DNA from: Octopus sinensis
Taxonomy: Eukaryota
DNA: 64,000 bases
Direction: 5' to 3'
NCBI RefSeq assembly: GCF_006345805.1
Contig: NC_043013.1
Location: 43,896,001 to 43,960,000 of the forward strand
Positions within the stretch are counted from its first letter, which is position 1. Every line of letters starts with the position of its first letter. Below are positions 61,018 to 64,000 of the stretch, one piece after another. The translations under genes were made by a program, and so were the position numbers. The notes below the pieces were generated by a model that had not been told where the DNA came from, searched no databases, and was given only the letters and a program-made list of their open reading frames with translations.

Positions 61018-62840
61018 TTTTAGAGTTGATAGCCTAGAGCTGGAGGTAGTATCATTAATGGATTTACTCTAATTATATGGTTCCAGCACAAGTAATTTAT
61101 TAACACATTAACACTAAATTTTAGTCATTTGCAAAGATGTATTCCTTCTTTAAGCCTCAACTCTTCATGGAGTTGTAGGAGTGCCATTGTCACAGATCTC
61201 ATGGCCGGGTCCATGTAGTAATTTAACACGAATGAGGAGAGCTTTTATAAGTGACCACTCAAACTGTGAGAAATAGCAGCAAGCTTCCTCCAAATTATAT
61301 TCTATCACCTTAAAATCAAGATGGAAGCACAAGAGAATGTTACCATAGATACATGATGTCGGAAAGACAAAACAAGATGGTCATGGTTGGAATGCCTTTT
61401 GATGATCAGGACTGACAGATGAGGGAGAAGAAGAATACATTGACCAATGTATTCTCTTTAAGATGGTAGAACATAGTTTGAGGAACTTTTATTGCTATTT
61501 CCAGCAGGTCATGTAACTAGCAATAATGGCTCTCTTATTCATGTAGTAACCTCATGCTAGTCCTGATCAATTAGTCTTATCATCAAAAGGCATTCCAACC
61601 GTGACCATCCAGTCATTTCGTTTTTCAGACATTGTGTACCTACCTCTATGATTACATTCTCTAATGCATCAATCTTGATGCTTTTAGGATGATAGGATGT
61701 CATGGCTACAGCACCTTTTAATGATAGGCCTGTTTACTTGAATGAGGTTGGCATTGGTCCAAGCAACAACACAAATATACATTTTATGTCAGTAAAAATA
61801 AGAAAATGTATATATGCAAATACACAATTGACCAATAATGGCACTATGTTGATATCATCATCATCATCCTCATTTAACATCCACCTATCATGCTGGCATG
61901 GGTGGAATCACAGTATAGTTTTGTGAGCCCATATGATGATAAACTGCCTGTTAGCCCTAGTTACAAAAACAACATCACAGAAGTAATAACAGATTTCAAA
62001 ATGTTAATTAAATAAACAAAAATGAATATATGCCACCTATGTATGTAAATTATAAACAAAAAAAAACAAAAGACATTAAATAATTTTTTTTACTAATCCC
62101 ATAAATTAACGACTAATTAATGAAATAAAGAGGGCCATTGCACCTATAGTGCTAAGTAGTGTCTTTACTTGAGTGTATATATACCTACTGATATGTACAT
62201 ATGGTGTATTTAATTTTGCTAAATTGTAAGCAGAGAAGCATTGAAAAATCTAAATAAAAAAAAAAGGAAGCGATAATTAAAAACGTTTGGAGAATCACTG
62301 ACTTAATACCCAACTCAGTTGAGTAGTTTTTACAAACAAACTGCAGTTACTGCTGGGTTTGTGTGTGTTTGTAGTCAGAACATGTCACTCACTGCAATAG
62401 TCTTAAAGGTGTCTTGATGTTATATAAAGCTTCACAAAGTATAAAAAAGTTACAGTTTCTATAGAAGCAACACACTTCTAGAAAAATCAAAATCAACAAT
62501 ATCTATCATATTTCAAATTGTCTTTGACTACGTGAAAGCTTCAAGTACTTGTTCTATGTCACTGAATAAAGATAGTAATGGAACAGCAATTCAGTGGCAT
62601 GAAGACTTATGAAACCCGCATTAACATGCAGTTTACCGTTGTGTGAATAAAATCCAAAAACAGAACATGAAAGTAAAAACCGGAAAGTAAAAACCGGAAG
62701 TGAAGACACTGACATCCCAAAATTCTATGAAAAGAATAAAAACTCCCTTAAGGCACCTACATGAATAGTAAATTCTAACATTGTGTTAAGTATTCCACAA
62801 ATAGCAGTTGAAGTACACTTTTCAATCATACTATAACCAG

Positions 62841-63258
62841 TCAAACCAGTTCTACTATATGGCTCAGAAACCTGGACGTTATCAAAGAAGCTTGAGAGGC
62901 GGTTGAATGGAACTTACACTCGCCTCCTTATGAGAGCTCAAAATCTCTCGTGGAAGCATCATCCAACCAAAGTACAAATATATGGGAAATTACCACCTGT
63001 ATCATCTCTTGTGAAAGGTAGAAGAGTCCAGTTTGCTGGACATTGTTGTAGAGCTGAAAATGAGGTAATTTCTACTCTTCTCCTCTGGAAGCCACCTGCT
63101 TGCGATACCAGAGGGCGCACACTCTCCCACCCTGATGTAATCTCCAGGGATACAGGCATCAAGCAACAGGACCTCCGTAATGCTATGATGGACCGTGAAG
63201 TCTGGCGTAACATAGTAAATTCCATTGTCTCGACCACGGTTGAACAATGATGATGATG
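62841..63258 (+). mobile_element. 5'-truncated RTE-like LINE (second family) with 8-bp TSD and (TGA)n tail
   Basis: KPVLLYGSETWTLSKKLERRLNGTYTRLLMRAQ...RRVQFAGHCCRA...MMDREVWRNIV, open to the stop; ataaccag at 62833-62840 and 63259-63266. Confidence 0.9.
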
Positions 63259-63520
63259 ATAACCAGCAACCAACATTACTGACTAGGCAATTCGATGGCT
63301 CTATGTCAATGCTGGATAACCAACATAGAGGAGTAAAGAAATAATGGACGGGAAGTGGTGTCGTTTCGGTGGATTTACTAGGACTATATGATCAATTCCC
63401 TTTTTTTTTTTTTGAGAAGAGCCATTTGACTCAACACTATTACATGACAGGATGTCATATGGTGACCTTTACCATGGAATCTAAATTGACAATGATCAAT
63501 AGTGTTGGCAGGGTGGTTGA

Positions 63521-63586
63521 GCAATTTTGTGTGATTGCATCTTACAGTGAGATGCAATTTTGTGTGATTGCATCTTACAGTGAGAT
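63521..63586 (+). repeat. Exact 33-bp tandem duplication
   Basis: gcaattttgtgtgattgcatcttacagtgagat x2. Confidence 0.95.
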
Positions 63587-63739
63587 CATCGACTAAGTTT
63601 TCGTTAACACTCATCACATAACTGGGATCAATCATTTTCTCTTGATTAGTGGTCAATTTATAAAAATCCAGTCAACTGTGTTTATTATATCCACAGAACT
63701 GTAAACCTTTGATGCCATTTTGTGGGACCTGCCAGCATT

Positions 63740-64000
63740 CAGGGTTGCCAGTATAAAATTTTAAAAAGCATTATTTCAATATCTAAAAAGTACTGTACCA
63801 AATAAAAGTGAAAAGTACCAAAAATCTCGTTTAAGAAAAATATGACAAACATGTGTAAATATCAAATAATTTATATTAAAAATTACAATTCTAATTAAAT
63901 TTAAATGAAATCAACATAATTATTTCGGTTTTTATTCCATAATATTTTCGAAGATTTTCTGATCAATTTCTTTTGATGTAGAAGCTGCAAGTTCACATGG
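63740..64000 (+). mobile_element. Probable hAT-type element left end, cut by window end
   Basis: Begins CAGGGTTGCCA followed by AT-rich sequence; the other terminus is not visible. Confidence 0.5.

Noticed and set aside
62678-62704. ETS-like CCGGAAGTG promoter motif
   Set aside because: It is a single short motif within a 13-bp tandem duplication, in AT-rich sequence with no other promoter evidence.
63384-63656. 90-aa minus-strand ORF with an internal 11-aa repeat
   Set aside because: The repeat is simply the 33-bp DNA duplication; there is no recognisable domain, and the ORF crosses a poly-T run.

Overview
This is AT-rich, microsatellite-dense eukaryotic DNA, not prokaryotic. The repeat families look like those of a coleoid cephalopod, most likely Octopus; that rests on my recognition of the SINEs, not on a search. 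The window reads as intronic or intergenic, and I could not identify a host gene. I found only a few short candidate exons with unrecognised peptides. Nearly all ORFs in the supplied track are artefacts of SINEs and (TA/CA)n tracts. The only recognisable coding remnants are transposon-derived: two RTE LINE 3' ends, a CR1/L2 3' end, Penelope GIY-YIG endonuclease, two Tc1 catalytic cores (DD34E and DD36E), a mariner HTH, and Helitron RepHel fragments, one with 23-aa STPR-like repeats. Non-coding repeats include four tRNA-headed SINE groups, piggyBac-type (TTAA), pogo-like (TA) and hAT (8-bp TSD) MITEs, and many Penelope-derived hairpins, some with hammerhead-ribozyme-like cores. I see no CRISPR, rRNA or true tRNA gene. 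I cannot claim a new biological system. The best leads are the hammerhead-bearing hairpin at 47.9-48.3 kb, the SINE multimers with a recurring junction, the STPR Helitron and the DD36E Tc1. Boundaries of degenerate elements are approximate.
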